Shown here one piece after another: positions 19,952 through 31,451 of a stretch of 64,000 bases of DNA. The DNA comes from Nitrospirota bacterium (GTDB lineage Bacteria; Nitrospirota; UBA9217). Location: assembly GCA_963663225.1 (NCBI GenBank), contig OY760142.1:32001-96000 (forward strand), in the 5' to 3' direction. The stretch's first letter is position 1. The number at the start of each line of letters is the position of its first letter. Under the pieces are notes generated by a model. The model saw only the letters and a list, made by a program, of their open reading frames with translations. It did no database searches and was not told where the DNA came from. The position numbers and the translations under genes are program-made.

Positions 19952-21127
19952 ATGTCAAATACTCAAAATGATGAATTCCTTCCCTTCTCGCGTCCTTCCA
20001 TCAGTCAGGCAGCCATCGATGAAGTTGTGGCGTGTTTGAAATCGGGTTGGATCACCACGGGGCCGCGCGTAAAACAGTTTGAGGATGACCTGAAGGCCTA
20101 TCTCGGAGCACCACATGTGCTTGCCCTTACCTCGGCAACTGCGGGCCTGCATCTGGTGCTTGTCGCGCTTCAGTTGAAACCCGGCGATGAAGTGATCACG
20201 ACCCCCATGACATTCGCGGCCACTCTGAACACGATCGTTCTTGCCGGCGGCAAACCGGTTCTTGTGGACGTCGAACCGGGCACCTATAACATGGATGTGT
20301 CAAAAATTGAACGGGCTCTCACCAAACGCACCCGCGCCATCATGCCCGTTCATTTTGCCGGTTTGCCGGTGGACCTTGACCCGTTGTACGACATTGCACA
20401 AAAATACAACCTTCGGGTTATTGAGGATGCAGCCCACGCCATCGGCACGGAATACAAAGACAAACGCATCGGAAGCTTCGGCGATGTTCAGGTCTTCAGT
20501 TTCCATCCCAACAAAAACATGACAACCGGCGAAGGCGGCTGTGTTGCCACGCGCGACGAAAAATTAGCCGCCGACATAGCGCTTCTGCGGTTTCACGGCA
20601 TGGACCGCGAAGCATGGAACCGCTTCGGGAAAAAAGGCAGCCAGCATTATGAAATAATCTCGCCCGGGTACAAGTATAATATGATGGACATTCAGGCGGC
20701 CATCGGAATTCATCAGCTGAAGCAGCTGGATGGATTCATCAAACGGCGGACGGAAATTGCCCACAGATATCACTCACTCCTCGCGGACTGGCCGCAATGG
20801 ACGCTGACGTCCTCCCCGGTGTTTTCGCATCTGCATGCCTGGCACCTTTATACGCCGCTCATCAATCCGCAGGCGGCGGGCATGGACCGTGATGCCTTCA
20901 TGCAAGGCATGAAAGACCGCAATATTGGCACCGGCCTGCACTACCGTGCTGTGCATTTGTATCCGTACTATCGAGAACAGTTCGGCTTTAAGCGCGGAGA
21001 CTTTCCGCACGCTGAAACCATCTCTGACCGCATCGTAAGTCTTCCGCTGTTCCCGGCCTTGACTGACGCAGATCAGGACCGTGTGGTCGAGGCCATGGCC
21101 GATCTCTTCGGGAGGAAACCCGTATGA
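19952..21127 (+). CDS. arnB: UDP-4-keto-arabinose aminotransferase (DegT family)
   Basis: FLPFSRP, SGWITTGP, IEDAAHA, FSFHPNKNMTTGEGG. Confidence 0.92.
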   Translation: MSNTQNDEFLPFSRPSISQAAIDEVVACLKSGWITTGPRVKQFEDDLKAYLGAPHVLALTSATAGLHLVLVALQLKPGDEVITTPMTFAATLNTIVLAGGKPVLVDVEPGTYNMDVSKIERALTKRTRAIMPVHFAGLPVDLDPLYDIAQKYNLRVIEDAAHAIGTEYKDKRIGSFGDVQVFSFHPNKNMTTGEGGCVATRDEKLAADIALLRFHGMDREAWNRFGKKGSQHYEIISPGYKYNMMDIQAAIGIHQLKQLDGFIKRRTEIAHRYHSLLADWPQWTLTSSPVFSHLHAWHLYTPLINPQAAGMDRDAFMQGMKDRNIGTGLHYRAVHLYPYYREQFGFKRGDFPHAETISDRIVSLPLFPALTDADQDRVVEAMADLFGRKPV

Positions 21128-22065
21128 GCAAACCCTCCATAAGCGTTGTCATACCGGTTTATAACGAGCAGGACAATCTTGAAACTCTTTTTGCGCGTCT
21201 GACGGCGGTAATGGACAAACTCGGGAAGTCCTTTGAAATCATATTTACCAACGACGGAAGCCGCGACCGTTCCGGTGTCATGCTGAAAGAATTTCATGAC
21301 CGACGGCCGAAGCAGGTGCGTGTTATCGATTTTAACGGCAATTTCGGCCAGCATATGGCGATCATGGCCGCGTTCGAACGGGTGCGCGGCGAAATCATCA
21401 TAACTCTCGACGCCGACCTTCAAAATCCTCCGGAAGAAATCCCCAAACTGGTTGCTGCCATGGAAGCAGGGCATGACGTGGTCGGAGGATACCGTAAAAA
21501 CCGCCAGGACACTTTTTTCAGAAAATATGCCTCGCGTGTTATCAACGGCATCCGCGCAAAAATCACCAATATCCGCATGCGCGACCAGGGGTGCATGCTC
21601 CGGGCGTACCGAAAAAACATCATCGAGAATATTGTTGCAAGCGAAGAAGCCTCGACTTTCATCCCCGCCCTCGCGCACAGTTTCGCATCGAATCCAACCG
21701 AGGTGGAAGTGGAACACGCGGCCCGCGCAGCAGGGGAGTCAAAATACAGGCTTTATGACCTGATCCGGCTTAACTTCGATCTTATGACGGGCTTTTCCGT
21801 GGTCCCCCTCCAGATATTTACACTTATCGGCATGGTCGTATCAGTGCTCTCCATCCTGTTTGTAATATATCTGTTCATCCGCAGGTTGCTGATCGGCCCC
21901 GAAGCAGAAGGTGTGTTCACACTGTTCGCGATCCTCTATTTTCTCGTGGGCATCGGCATCATGGGACTCGGCATTATCGGCGAGTATGTCGGCCGCATCC
22001 ACAAGGAAGTACGCAGACGACCCCGCTTTGTAATCCGGAAAGTGTATGAGAGGACCGATGAATAA
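21124..22065 (+). CDS. arnC: undecaprenyl-phosphate Ara4FN transferase (GT2)
   Basis: VIPVYNE, NFGQHMA, TLDADLQNPPEEIP; two C-terminal TMs. Confidence 0.92.
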   Translation: MSKPSISVVIPVYNEQDNLETLFARLTAVMDKLGKSFEIIFTNDGSRDRSGVMLKEFHDRRPKQVRVIDFNGNFGQHMAIMAAFERVRGEIIITLDADLQNPPEEIPKLVAAMEAGHDVVGGYRKNRQDTFFRKYASRVINGIRAKITNIRMRDQGCMLRAYRKNIIENIVASEEASTFIPALAHSFASNPTEVEVEHAARAAGESKYRLYDLIRLNFDLMTGFSVVPLQIFTLIGMVVSVLSILFVIYLFIRRLLIGPEAEGVFTLFAILYFLVGIGIMGLGIIGEYVGRIHKEVRRRPRFVIRKVYERTDE

Positions 22066-22993
22066 ACCCAGTATACTGGTTTTTGCCTACCACGACGTAG
22101 GATATGAATGCCTGAACCTCCTGATAGAACGCCGCGAAAACATTCTGGCCGTCATCACCCATGAAGACAATCCGACGGAACAGATATGGTTCAAATCCGT
22201 GAAGGAGCTTGCCGCCCGGAACAACATTCCGGTATGTACCCCCCAGTCTGTCAACACCCCTGAGTGGATCGACCGCATCCGGGCCTGGGCGCCGCAGCTG
22301 ATATTTTCCTTTTACTACCGCAATATGATCAAGGAAGATATTTTAAGCATCCCGCCCCTCGGCGCTTTCAACATGCATGGTTCTCTCCTGCCCAAATACC
22401 GGGGACGGGTGCCGATCAACTGGGCCGTCCTGCACGGTGAAAAAGAGAGCGGTGTGACCCTGCACTACATGGTGAAGCGGGCCGACGCAGGCGACATTGT
22501 TGACCGGCAGGCTGTTCCGATTTTGCATGATGATACCGCACAGGCTGTATTTCAAAAAGTAGTAAAAGCCGCCCATGTCGTCCTCGAGCGCCAGATTGAC
22601 GCATTGCTGAACGGAACGGCGCCCCGCCAAAAACAGGATGAATCGCAGGCAACCTACTTCGGCGGACGGAAACCGGAAGACGGAAGGATTGACTGGACAC
22701 AGAGCGCTGAAAAGATATATAATCTCATCCGCGCGGTTACCCATCCGTATCCGGGGGCTTTCACCGAACAAGACGGAAAGCGCCTCTTCATCTGGTGGGC
22801 GCGACCATGCAAAGACCATGATTTCAGCGGTGCACCAGGACAAGTTTTGTCCGAAAAACCTCTTCGGGTGGCAACCGGCAGCGGCTGCCTCGAAATTTTG
22901 ACGTTTCAGTGGGAAGGATCGGAAGAGCAGAACGCCGCGGACGAAACACACAATCTGCGCAAAAAACAGTTTCTGGGAAGCCAGGGACTTTGA
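22058..22993 (+). CDS. arnA: UDP-Ara4N formyltransferase (stand-alone ArnA N-terminal domain)
   Basis: FAYHDVG, FSFYYR, NMHGSLLPKYRG, DAGDI. Confidence 0.88.
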   Translation: MNKPSILVFAYHDVGYECLNLLIERRENILAVITHEDNPTEQIWFKSVKELAARNNIPVCTPQSVNTPEWIDRIRAWAPQLIFSFYYRNMIKEDILSIPPLGAFNMHGSLLPKYRGRVPINWAVLHGEKESGVTLHYMVKRADAGDIVDRQAVPILHDDTAQAVFQKVVKAAHVVLERQIDALLNGTAPRQKQDESQATYFGGRKPEDGRIDWTQSAEKIYNLIRAVTHPYPGAFTEQDGKRLFIWWARPCKDHDFSGAPGQVLSEKPLRVATGSGCLEILTFQWEGSEEQNAADETHNLRKKQFLGSQGL

Positions 22994-23029
22994 ACCGGAA
23001 AGAAATTTATCAGATCGGAGAATTACATT

Positions 23030-24070
23030 ATGGCCCTCAAGATTTTAATCCTCGGAGTAAACGGTTTTATCGGAAACAGCCTTACGGAATATATCTTAAA
23101 ACACAAGGACTGGGAAGTATACGGCATGGACATGTCCTGTGATAAACTTGATCAATGCCTGGGTCATGAACGGTTTCACTTTGTCGAGGGCGACATTACC
23201 ATCAATAAAGAATGGATCGAGTATCATGTCCGAAAATGCGATATCATCATCCCGCTCGTTGCCATTGCCACGCCGGCGACGTACGTGCTGGATCCATTGC
23301 GGGTGTTTGAACTCGATTTTGAGGCCAACCTCGCTGTTGTACGCAAATGCGTGCAATACAAAAAACGGGTGATTTTCCCGTCAACATCGGAAGTATACGG
23401 TATGTGCGCCGACCGGGAATTTGATGAAGAATCATCAAATTTAATACTCGGACCGATCAACAAACCACGCTGGATATATTCCTGTTCCAAACAGCTGCTG
23501 GACCGGGTCATTCATGCCTATGCCATGAAAGAAGGCCTGCGGTACACGCTCTTCCGTCCGTTCAACTGGATTGGTCCAAAACTCGACAACATCCTTGAGC
23601 CGAAGGAAGGCAGTTCACGCGTGCTTACGCAATTTATCGGCAACACGCTGCGCGGAAAAGACATTCTGCTGGTCGACGGCGGCGCACAACGCCGGAGCTT
23701 TACGTATATCGACGACGGCATCGAAGCACTGATCCGCATCATCGAGAACAAAAACAACTCCGCTGACGGACGCATTTTCAATATCGGTAATCCGGCAAAC
23801 GACATGTCAATCCGGGAACTTGCGGAAACACTCATTGCGCTCATAAAGACATACCCCAACTACGCGAAACTCGCGGAAAGCGTCAAGATCGTAAACGTAC
23901 AGTCCAAAGAATACTATGGAGAAGGATACCAGGATATCCAGACCCGCGTTCCATCCATTAAAAATGCGGAAAAGTACCTTGGTTGGAAACCGACCACCGA
24001 TTTCAAAACCGCGCTCAAGAAAACACTGGATTATCATCTCGGAAGGCCGTCAAGCGAACTGAGCGAATAA
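23030..24070 (+). CDS. arnA: UDP-glucuronate decarboxylase (stand-alone ArnA C-terminal domain)
   Basis: ILGVNGFIG, PLVAIATP, FPSTSEVYG, RWIYSCSK, GSSRV. Confidence 0.92.
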   Translation: MALKILILGVNGFIGNSLTEYILKHKDWEVYGMDMSCDKLDQCLGHERFHFVEGDITINKEWIEYHVRKCDIIIPLVAIATPATYVLDPLRVFELDFEANLAVVRKCVQYKKRVIFPSTSEVYGMCADREFDEESSNLILGPINKPRWIYSCSKQLLDRVIHAYAMKEGLRYTLFRPFNWIGPKLDNILEPKEGSSRVLTQFIGNTLRGKDILLVDGGAQRRSFTYIDDGIEALIRIIENKNNSADGRIFNIGNPANDMSIRELAETLIALIKTYPNYAKLAESVKIVNVQSKEYYGEGYQDIQTRVPSIKNAEKYLGWKPTTDFKTALKKTLDYHLGRPSSELSE

Positions 24071-24135
24071 CGGATTCAGAGCCATGCCGGTTCGCAGCAA
24101 AACTGGCTGTTGCTCCTGCTTCCTGTGCAAAATGA

Positions 24136-25065
24136 ATGCATAACATGGATACGGAAAATCCCATCCTCGCCATCAAAATAGACGTTGACACTGACCGTGG
24201 TACCCGTATTGGCGTCCCGAACCTTGTCGACCTTTTTGAGGAGTTTTCCGTCAAGGCAACATTCCTTTTCTCCCTCGGCCCGGACAATACGGGCCGCGCC
24301 ATAAAACGCATTTTCCGACCCGGATTTCTCAAAAAAGTGAGCCGTACCAGCGTCCTCTCCACATACGGCATCCGTACTCTTCTGAACGGCGTGCTCCTTC
24401 CCGGCCCTCATGTCGGAAGACACAACGAAACTATCATGCGAAAAACGCGCGACCTCGGCCATGAGGTAGGAATCCACTGCTACGATCATATACGCTGGCA
24501 AGATGGACTTGTGAATATGTCAAAGAATGAAGTATATGAAGAATTCGGCAAAGCACGGCGGGAGTTCGAACGCATTTTTAGCAGACCAGCCACAACCGCA
24601 GGAGCGGCAGGCTGGCAGGCAAACGGCTTCAGTCTTGCTGCTTATGACGATGCCGGCCTCTTGTATGCCAGCGATACGCGGGGGTCCCACCCCTTCTTTC
24701 CGCGTATAGCCAATACTGTCTACAAGACCATCCAGATACCCTCGACACTCCCCACACTGGACGAACTGCTCGGCCGACCGGAATACCCCGAGCAGCGCAT
24801 CGTCAACCATTACCTGTCACTCCTCCGGCCCGGCACATTGAATGTCTTTACGATCCATGCTGAAATAGAGGGCATGAGCAAGATGCCCCTGTTTCGCTCG
24901 TTCCTGGAAGCCGTAAAGCAGTCGGATATTCAAATCGTTACGCTGGACGTCTGGGCTCGTCGTCTGCACGATAATCCTTCCCGTGTTCCTGTCTGCGACT
25001 TGATTCAGGGAACAGTTGATGGACGAAGCGGCACACTCGCGGTCCAGCAATGCCCCGACAGATAA
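24136..25065 (+). CDS. arnD: Ara4FN deformylase (polysaccharide deacetylase fold)
   Basis: KIDVDT, FSLGPDN, HEVGIH.YDH, TLPTLDE, TIHAEIEG. Confidence 0.9.
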   Translation: MHNMDTENPILAIKIDVDTDRGTRIGVPNLVDLFEEFSVKATFLFSLGPDNTGRAIKRIFRPGFLKKVSRTSVLSTYGIRTLLNGVLLPGPHVGRHNETIMRKTRDLGHEVGIHCYDHIRWQDGLVNMSKNEVYEEFGKARREFERIFSRPATTAGAAGWQANGFSLAAYDDAGLLYASDTRGSHPFFPRIANTVYKTIQIPSTLPTLDELLGRPEYPEQRIVNHYLSLLRPGTLNVFTIHAEIEGMSKMPLFRSFLEAVKQSDIQIVTLDVWARRLHDNPSRVPVCDLIQGTVDGRSGTLAVQQCPDR

Positions 25066-25131
25066 TCACACCGGTTCCACGGCCAAAACCTGCTTCGTTT
25101 CCCATTTCTGCATAGTGATTCCAGATTCTTT

Positions 25132-25160
25132 TTGACAATTCTCTTATATTCCTCTATAGT
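25132..25160 (+). promoter_or_regulatory. sigma70 promoter of mtnA
   Basis: TTGACA-17bp-TATAGT. Confidence 0.7.
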
Positions 25161-25206
25161 TAAGGTACATGAAGCAACCCTGTCAAATCAGCTGAAGGAG
25201 ATATGA

Positions 25207-26268
25207 ATGATCCCGACCATAGAATGGAAAGACGGTGTCGTGCGGATGCTGGACCAGTCAAAACTGCCCCTCGAAACCATCTATATTGAATGTAAAGACT
25301 ATCAGACAGTGGCCCGCGGAATCAAGGAACTCTGGGTTCGCGGCGCCCCGGCAATCGGAATATCGGCAGCCATGGGGCTGGCGCTCGGCGCAAGGCAGAT
25401 ATCAGCCGATACTTTTGATGCATTCTGGACACAGTTTGAGGAAATCTGCGCTTTTATGGCTGCCACGAGACCGACCGCGGTAAACCTCTTTTGGGCCATC
25501 GAGCGGATCAAAAAAATAGCACAAGACAACAGGGAGAAGGAACTGGATGCCCTAAGGGAGATCATTGTGCAGGAATCGCAGCGTATGCTGGAAGAAGATA
25601 TCGAGACAAACAAATTGATCGGAAGCTATGGCTCTCTGTTTGTATCAGATGGCGACAATATCATCACGCACTGCAATGCAGGATCCATCGCGACTGCCGG
25701 TTATGGGACGGCGCTCGGCGTAATGAGAACGGCTTCGTCTGAGGGGAAAAAAATCCATGTTTTCGTTGATGAAACACGCCCTGTGCTTCAGGGTGCGCGT
25801 TTGACTGCGTGGGAACTCATGCAAGAAAAAATCCCCTGCACACTGATTACCGACAATATGGCCGGATACTTTATGTTCCGTGATATGGTCGACCTCGCCG
25901 TTGTCGGAGCGGACCGCATTGCACGCAACGGTGATGTAGCGAACAAAATCGGCACCTACAGCCTCGCGGTGCTCTGCAAGGAGCATGGAATTCCGTTTTA
26001 CGTGGCTGCTCCCTTTGCAACACTGGATTTCAATCTTGAATCAGGCTCATCGATCCCCATCGAGGAGCGCGATCCTCGTGAAGTTACCCATGTTTTCGGC
26101 AAAGTCCAAATAGCACCAGATGGCGTGACGGTACTGAATCCGGCATTTGATGTTACTCCGGCCCGTTACATTACAGCCATCATAACTGAAAAAGGCGCTT
26201 TCCACCCGAAGGACATCCGCAAACTTGCCGATGGGAAAACCGACCCGGAACAACTGAGAATAAAATAA
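25207..26268 (+). CDS. mtnA: methylthioribose-1-phosphate isomerase
   Basis: [43 protein letters not shown]. Confidence 0.96.
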   Translation: MIPTIEWKDGVVRMLDQSKLPLETIYIECKDYQTVARGIKELWVRGAPAIGISAAMGLALGARQISADTFDAFWTQFEEICAFMAATRPTAVNLFWAIERIKKIAQDNREKELDALREIIVQESQRMLEEDIETNKLIGSYGSLFVSDGDNIITHCNAGSIATAGYGTALGVMRTASSEGKKIHVFVDETRPVLQGARLTAWELMQEKIPCTLITDNMAGYFMFRDMVDLAVVGADRIARNGDVANKIGTYSLAVLCKEHGIPFYVAAPFATLDFNLESGSSIPIEERDPREVTHVFGKVQIAPDGVTVLNPAFDVTPARYITAIITEKGAFHPKDIRKLADGKTDPEQLRIK

Positions 26269-26344
26269 CATAGTGCCGCTCTTTCCGAAGTTCTGTGCAT
26301 TCTCCGCTCAGAAGACTGATCTTATGCATACATGAGGGGGCTAC

Positions 26345-27424
26345 ATGAAACATACTGTTCTCCATCAAAGGCATCTTCAGTTAACTGCAAAAATGACCGA
26401 CTTCCAGGGATGGCAAATCCCGGTCCAATTCTCCGATCCTCAAAATGAGTATCTTGCAGTCCGTACTGCCGCGGGCCTCTTTGACGCAGGATTTCTCGGC
26501 AGAATTGAAGTGAGCGGTGTGAATGCTTCCAAATTTCTGAACACCATCGTTGCCCGCAACATCTCGAAAATACCGGAAGGCGCTTTCTGCTATGGCCTGA
26601 TTTGCAATCACCAGGGTGGCATTATCAGCGATGCATTAATTCTCCATGTGCCGGACAACCGATATCTGATCACAACAAACCCCATCAATACCGAGAAATT
26701 GATTGCGTGGCTAAAAAAACACGCAGAAGACAATATTACCATTGCAGAGAAAACGCAGGATATCGCTCAATTCGCTCTTCAAGGCCCTCGCTCAGAAAGA
26801 ATTCTTGGGAATCTTGCGGCACAACATATGAAAAGAATGAAACCGAAAACGCTGCAGGAGCTGACGATTTTGGACACGACGATAATCGTGTCCCGGGCCA
26901 GCTATACCGGTGAACATGGCTATGAATTTTTTGTGCAGTCCGACCGTGCTGAACAGTTCTGGGACGCAATCATGGCCGCCGGAAGCGAAGCAGGCATCTT
27001 ACCGTGCGGATTCGCAAGCCGGGATATTCTGCGATTAGAAATGGGATATCTCCTGTACGGCAACGATATCGATGAAACGCGCACCCCGTTCGAAGCAGGT
27101 CTTGCATCTTACCTTGACTTCAAAAAAGATTTTATCGGCAAAGATGCTCTAGTCAAAATGGATGCCGGAAAAAGCAAGGAAAAGCTTGTCGGATTCGAAC
27201 TGCTTGACAAGGGACTGCCCAAAAACGGCGGCAGCATTTTCTCTGAAAACCGCGAAATCGGGACCGTAACCAGCTGTGGGCAGTCGCCCCGTGTCCGGAA
27301 AGGCATCGGCCTCGGGTATGTCGCGAGCCGATATGCTCAGCCGGGCCAGGAAATAGAGATAGAAGTCCGGGACCATGAAGTCGCCGCCAGAATCGTGTCT
27401 ACGCCTTTTTATCATAGACCGTAA
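26345..27424 (+). CDS. gcvT: GcvT-family aminomethyltransferase
   Basis: ALQGP, YTGE.GYE, RDILRLEMG..LYGNDI, GTVTS; several motifs diverged. Confidence 0.8.
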   Translation: MKHTVLHQRHLQLTAKMTDFQGWQIPVQFSDPQNEYLAVRTAAGLFDAGFLGRIEVSGVNASKFLNTIVARNISKIPEGAFCYGLICNHQGGIISDALILHVPDNRYLITTNPINTEKLIAWLKKHAEDNITIAEKTQDIAQFALQGPRSERILGNLAAQHMKRMKPKTLQELTILDTTIIVSRASYTGEHGYEFFVQSDRAEQFWDAIMAAGSEAGILPCGFASRDILRLEMGYLLYGNDIDETRTPFEAGLASYLDFKKDFIGKDALVKMDAGKSKEKLVGFELLDKGLPKNGGSIFSENREIGTVTSCGQSPRVRKGIGLGYVASRYAQPGQEIEIEVRDHEVAARIVSTPFYHRP

Positions 27425-27548
27425 AAGCTGATTTTCCCACATATGCCGGATGCCGGGCACTTCTTTGAGTTCTTTTATTATCAGTGACCGGCATTCCCTG
27501 TATTTCCAGTCCCCTGTCTTCTTCTCTGCGCATGTGCTAAAATAAAAT

Positions 27549-29978
27549 ATGGAAACGAAAAAAGCCATCATCCCGATACGAGGCATGAGTTGCGTCAATT
27601 GCGCCGCAGCAATCCAGAAGGATATCGCGAAGCTGCCCGGCGTGCAAACCGTGCATGTCAACTATGCAAATGAAAAAGCAGTGGTGGAGTTTCATCCCGA
27701 ATCCATCAAGGCGGAAAAATTCATCACCAGCATCAACGAACTCGGCTATCAGGCCGTTTTCGAAACAGCCGTTCTTGCGGTTTTGGACATGAATTCCTCC
27801 CGTGCACAAAAACTCGAAGATATTTTGACAAACCTTGAAGGCGTGGTAACGGCCTCGGTGAATGCAGCGACCGGCATGACAGAGATACAATACATGCCTG
27901 ATCAAATAAGCCTGCGCGACATCCGCAGAACCGCTGAGCGTGAAGGCTTTCGTTTCCCGCACCAGGAAGAAAGCATTGTCGAGCCTGATGCAGATAAAAT
28001 CGCCCAAGAAAAAGAATTATCATCACTGCGCAACAAACTGGTTCTGAGCGCCGTCCTTTCAACGCTGATTCTGATCGGAAGTTTTCAGGACATGCTCCCA
28101 TTTTTGACGATTTTCCCCCAACAGGTCATGTGGATTATTCTCCTTGTCCTGACGACACCCGTGCAATTCTGGGCGGGGCGCCACTTTTATCAGAACGCGT
28201 GGGCATCAATCAGGCATGGCAGTTTGAACATGAATACCCTTGTTGTTATCGGTACGACCGCAGCCTATGGATACAGCGCCATGCTTACTTTTTCTCCTTC
28301 TCTCTCAGGCCATGGCGGTGCATATTTCGACACCGCGGCAATCATCATCACTCTCGTACTGTTCGGCAGATATCTGGAGACAAGGGCAAAAACACGTACA
28401 AACGAGGCCGTTAAAAAACTCATGAAACTGAGTCCACGAACCGCAAGGGTGATTCGAGAAAACAAAGAGCTGGACATTCTTATCGACGAGGTCGAGTACG
28501 GAGATCTCATCGTCGTACGGCCGGGTGAGCGAATACCCGTGGACGGCATAGTCCGAAACGGGTCATCCTCCGTGGATGAATCAATGCTTACCGGCGAAAG
28601 TCTTCCCGTGGACAAACAAACAGGAGATACTGTTATCGGGGCAACGCTGAACAGAACCGGCTCTTTTATCTTTGAAGCGACGAAAATCGGCAAAGATACA
28701 ATGCTTGCGCAAATTATCCGGATGGTACAGGAGGCGCAGGGGTCCAAGGCCCCCATTCAGCGTCTGGCCGATTCTATTTCAGGCATTTTTGTCCCAGTCG
28801 TTATTGGTATCGCGCTGGCCACATTCGTTCTCTGGTATGTCTTCGGGCCGCCTGAAACACGCATTACTTTTGCGCTGCTTAATTTCATCGCCGTGCTGAT
28901 CATTGCGTGCCCGTGCGCCATGGGGCTCGCCACCCCTACAGCCATCATGGTCGGGACCGGAAAAGGTGCTGAGTTCGGAGTCCTGTTTAAAAATGCAGAA
29001 AGTTTGGAAATGGCCGGAAACATTGATACAATCGTTCTTGATAAAACGGGGACGCTCACCCGCGGGGAACCAATGGTTACCGATATTGTCTGCAAAAATA
29101 TGGACGAAATAACAATGCTTTTTTTTGCCGCTTCCGCCGAAAAGAATTCAGAACACCCGATGGGAAAAGCCATAGTACGTGCAGCCATGGAGAAGAAAAT
29201 ATTATTTACACAACCGGACAATTTTAAAGCCCTGCCCGGTTATGGCGTCCATACGGTAGTAAACGGCAAGGAAGTCTTTCTCGGCAATGACCAGTTAATG
29301 GCTCAAAAAGGCATCGAACTAAAATCACTGGACGAGACGGCACAAAAATTTTCCGCCACCGGAAAAACGCCGATATTTATTGCTGTTGACAGCCAGGCTG
29401 CAGGCATCATTGCCGTTGCCGACACATTAAAGGAGCAATCAAAAGATGCAGTCAAAGAATTGAAGCTGCTCGGCCTTGATGTCGTTATGCTGACAGGAGA
29501 CAATAAAAACACCGCCGATGCCATAGCGGGTTCCCTTGGAATCACTCGCGTGCTGGCAGAAGTTCTCCCGCGCGATAAAATGGCCACGATACAAAAACTG
29601 CAAACAGAAGGCCGCACCGTGGCTATGGTCGGCGACGGCATCAATGACGCACCTGCTTTGACGCAGGCTGATGTGGGGATTGCCATCGGCACGGGCACGG
29701 ACGTGGCAATCGAGGCATCGGATATCACCTTGATCAAGGACGACCTCCGATCAGTCGCTACTGCCCTGCGGCTCTCAAAACGCACGCTGCGCACAATTAA
29801 AATGAACCTTTTTTGGGCATTCTTCTATAACACGCTCGGCATTCCTGTTGCGGCTGGCATCCTGTTTCCTTTTTTCGGGACAAAAGGACTTTTGAATCCC
29901 ATGCTGGCCTCCCTTGCCATGGCCTTCAGTTCCATCAGTGTTGTTTCTAATTCACTGAGGTTAAAAAAGTTCTCATAA
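27549..29978 (+). CDS. copA: P1B-1 copper-translocating P-type ATPase
   Basis: GMSCVNC metal-binding domain, TGES, CPC, DKTGT, SEHP, GDGIND, YN and MAFSS. Confidence 0.93.
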   Translation: METKKAIIPIRGMSCVNCAAAIQKDIAKLPGVQTVHVNYANEKAVVEFHPESIKAEKFITSINELGYQAVFETAVLAVLDMNSSRAQKLEDILTNLEGVVTASVNAATGMTEIQYMPDQISLRDIRRTAEREGFRFPHQEESIVEPDADKIAQEKELSSLRNKLVLSAVLSTLILIGSFQDMLPFLTIFPQQVMWIILLVLTTPVQFWAGRHFYQNAWASIRHGSLNMNTLVVIGTTAAYGYSAMLTFSPSLSGHGGAYFDTAAIIITLVLFGRYLETRAKTRTNEAVKKLMKLSPRTARVIRENKELDILIDEVEYGDLIVVRPGERIPVDGIVRNGSSSVDESMLTGESLPVDKQTGDTVIGATLNRTGSFIFEATKIGKDTMLAQIIRMVQEAQGSKAPIQRLADSISGIFVPVVIGIALATFVLWYVFGPPETRITFALLNFIAVLIIACPCAMGLATPTAIMVGTGKGAEFGVLFKNAESLEMAGNIDTIVLDKTGTLTRGEPMVTDIVCKNMDEITMLFFAASAEKNSEHPMGKAIVRAAMEKKILFTQPDNFKALPGYGVHTVVNGKEVFLGNDQLMAQKGIELKSLDETAQKFSATGKTPIFIAVDSQAAGIIAVADTLKEQSKDAVKELKLLGLDVVMLTGDNKNTADAIAGSLGITRVLAEVLPRDKMATIQKLQTEGRTVAMVGDGINDAPALTQADVGIAIGTGTDVAIEASDITLIKDDLRSVATALRLSKRTLRTIKMNLFWAFFYNTLGIPVAAGILFPFFGTKGLLNPMLASLAMAFSSISVVSNSLRLKKFS

Positions 29979-30043
29979 CCCGCAGGAACCGGGACGTAAC
30001 GGCATGACAATACTGATTCAGGTCCGTTATACCATGGCCATAT

Positions 30044-30496
30044 ATGAAGAAATTTGTTGCTGATGTTATGCTGGGCAGGCTCGCGAAACAATTGCGTTTG
30101 CTGGGGTTCGATGTGTTGTATGAGCGTACATTCGGCGATGATGAAATCATCCATCTCTCGCTTGTGCAGCAGCGCGTAATTCTGACACGGGACGCCGCAC
30201 TCGTACGAAGGCCGCTGGCGTCAAATCACTGTTATCTTAGGTCCGAGAAAACCGCTGAGCAGCTTAAACAGGTGCTTGCGGATTTTTCTCTTTCGGATTC
30301 TGCGACTCCTTTGACGCGCTGTTCCCTTTGCAATGAGCCACTTATCCCGATTCCAAAACAAAATGCGCAGGACAGCGTGCCCCCGTTTATTTATGAGCAA
30401 ACTAAAAGATTTTTACACTGCAACCGCTGCAATAAAACATACTGGAACGGCAGCCATATACAGCGGATGTATTTTCTGCGAAGGAAAGGCTGCTAA
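30044..30496 (+). CDS. Mut7-C RNase (PIN-like + Zn ribbon) protein
   Basis: DVMLGRLAK.LRLLGFD, ILTRD, RCSLCN, CNRC..YWNGSH. Confidence 0.88.
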   Translation: MKKFVADVMLGRLAKQLRLLGFDVLYERTFGDDEIIHLSLVQQRVILTRDAALVRRPLASNHCYLRSEKTAEQLKQVLADFSLSDSATPLTRCSLCNEPLIPIPKQNAQDSVPPFIYEQTKRFLHCNRCNKTYWNGSHIQRMYFLRRKGC

Positions 30497-31443
30497 TGCG
30501 TTGGAGTTGGTCTCGACTGCTGAATGGCAGGTTTGACTTTCTGTGCCGTACCGGACTGTTGAGAAGATATCTGCGTACGCTGTTGCCCCACCATGCCCGG
30601 CTTCCGCGGAGGAGTTTGCTGTTGCACGGCTGATTGCTGGGGCGAAGGCTGGTTCTGACGGAGCGCCGGTTGTTCCTGTGCCGCTTTCTTTGCTTTTGCA
30701 TATTCCGCGGGGGTCTTTTTGGTGACAATACCTGCCGCTGTAATAGTCAGGTCCCGTATCACGGTGTTTTTGGGCTCGGTCACAACTAATTCATGGCCAT
30801 TGAGAGCCAGTTTAAGCGCTCCTGCACTGCCGTAGCTCACCAGAAAACGTTCATCAGCGCTCCAGGTAAGCGCTTCTCCTTTTTGGAGAACGGCTTTTTT
30901 CTGCGGACTGGTATCGGTCCTTACCAGAATCCACGTATTCTCCAGAGCAGTGACCTCAAGATAGATTTTACTCGGCCTGCCTGTTGTTGACGTCTGGATC
31001 GAAGATATTCCCTGAGACACCACCCCTTGCGGGCCAGCCTGGCGTTGCTGCCGCGCCGGCAAGGCAAAAAAGAAAAACAGCGAGAGTGCGAGGACTATTC
31101 CTGCGCCCCATATAAACGGCTCTATGGATGTTTTGAGAGGTATTTTCTTTTCAGCAACGGTTTCAGGCTGAGGCTTCTCTTGAGGCTCTTCCACCGGCGG
31201 TAAGGATTTACAGGGCTTCAGTTCATGGTATTTCTGCATCACCGCTGATTCATCAAGGCGGAGAAATTTCGCATAATTCTTCAGAAACCCCTTGACAAAA
31301 ACCTCCCCCGGCAGCCTCGAAAAATCCTCGTCTTCCAGAGCCTTAAGATAGTGGCTACTGATACGGGTGTGTTGGGCAGCATCACGCAAGTCAATTCTCT
31401 GCGACTCTCTGGCGTCGCGCAGGTATTTCCCCAATGTCTCCAT
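30493..31443 (-). CDS. RodZ-like protein (HTH_25 + TM + DUF4115)
   Basis: LGKYLRDARE..YLKALE..FVKGFLKNYA HTH; single TM; periplasmic DUF4115-like domain. Confidence 0.85.
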   Translation of the reverse strand: METLGKYLRDARESQRIDLRDAAQHTRISSHYLKALEDEDFSRLPGEVFVKGFLKNYAKFLRLDESAVMQKYHELKPCKSLPPVEEPQEKPQPETVAEKKIPLKTSIEPFIWGAGIVLALSLFFFFALPARQQRQAGPQGVVSQGISSIQTSTTGRPSKIYLEVTALENTWILVRTDTSPQKKAVLQKGEALTWSADERFLVSYGSAGALKLALNGHELVVTEPKNTVIRDLTITAAGIVTKKTPAEYAKAKKAAQEQPALRQNQPSPQQSAVQQQTPPRKPGMVGQQRTQISSQQSGTAQKVKPAIQQSRPTPTH

Positions 31444-31451
31444 GTATTGTA

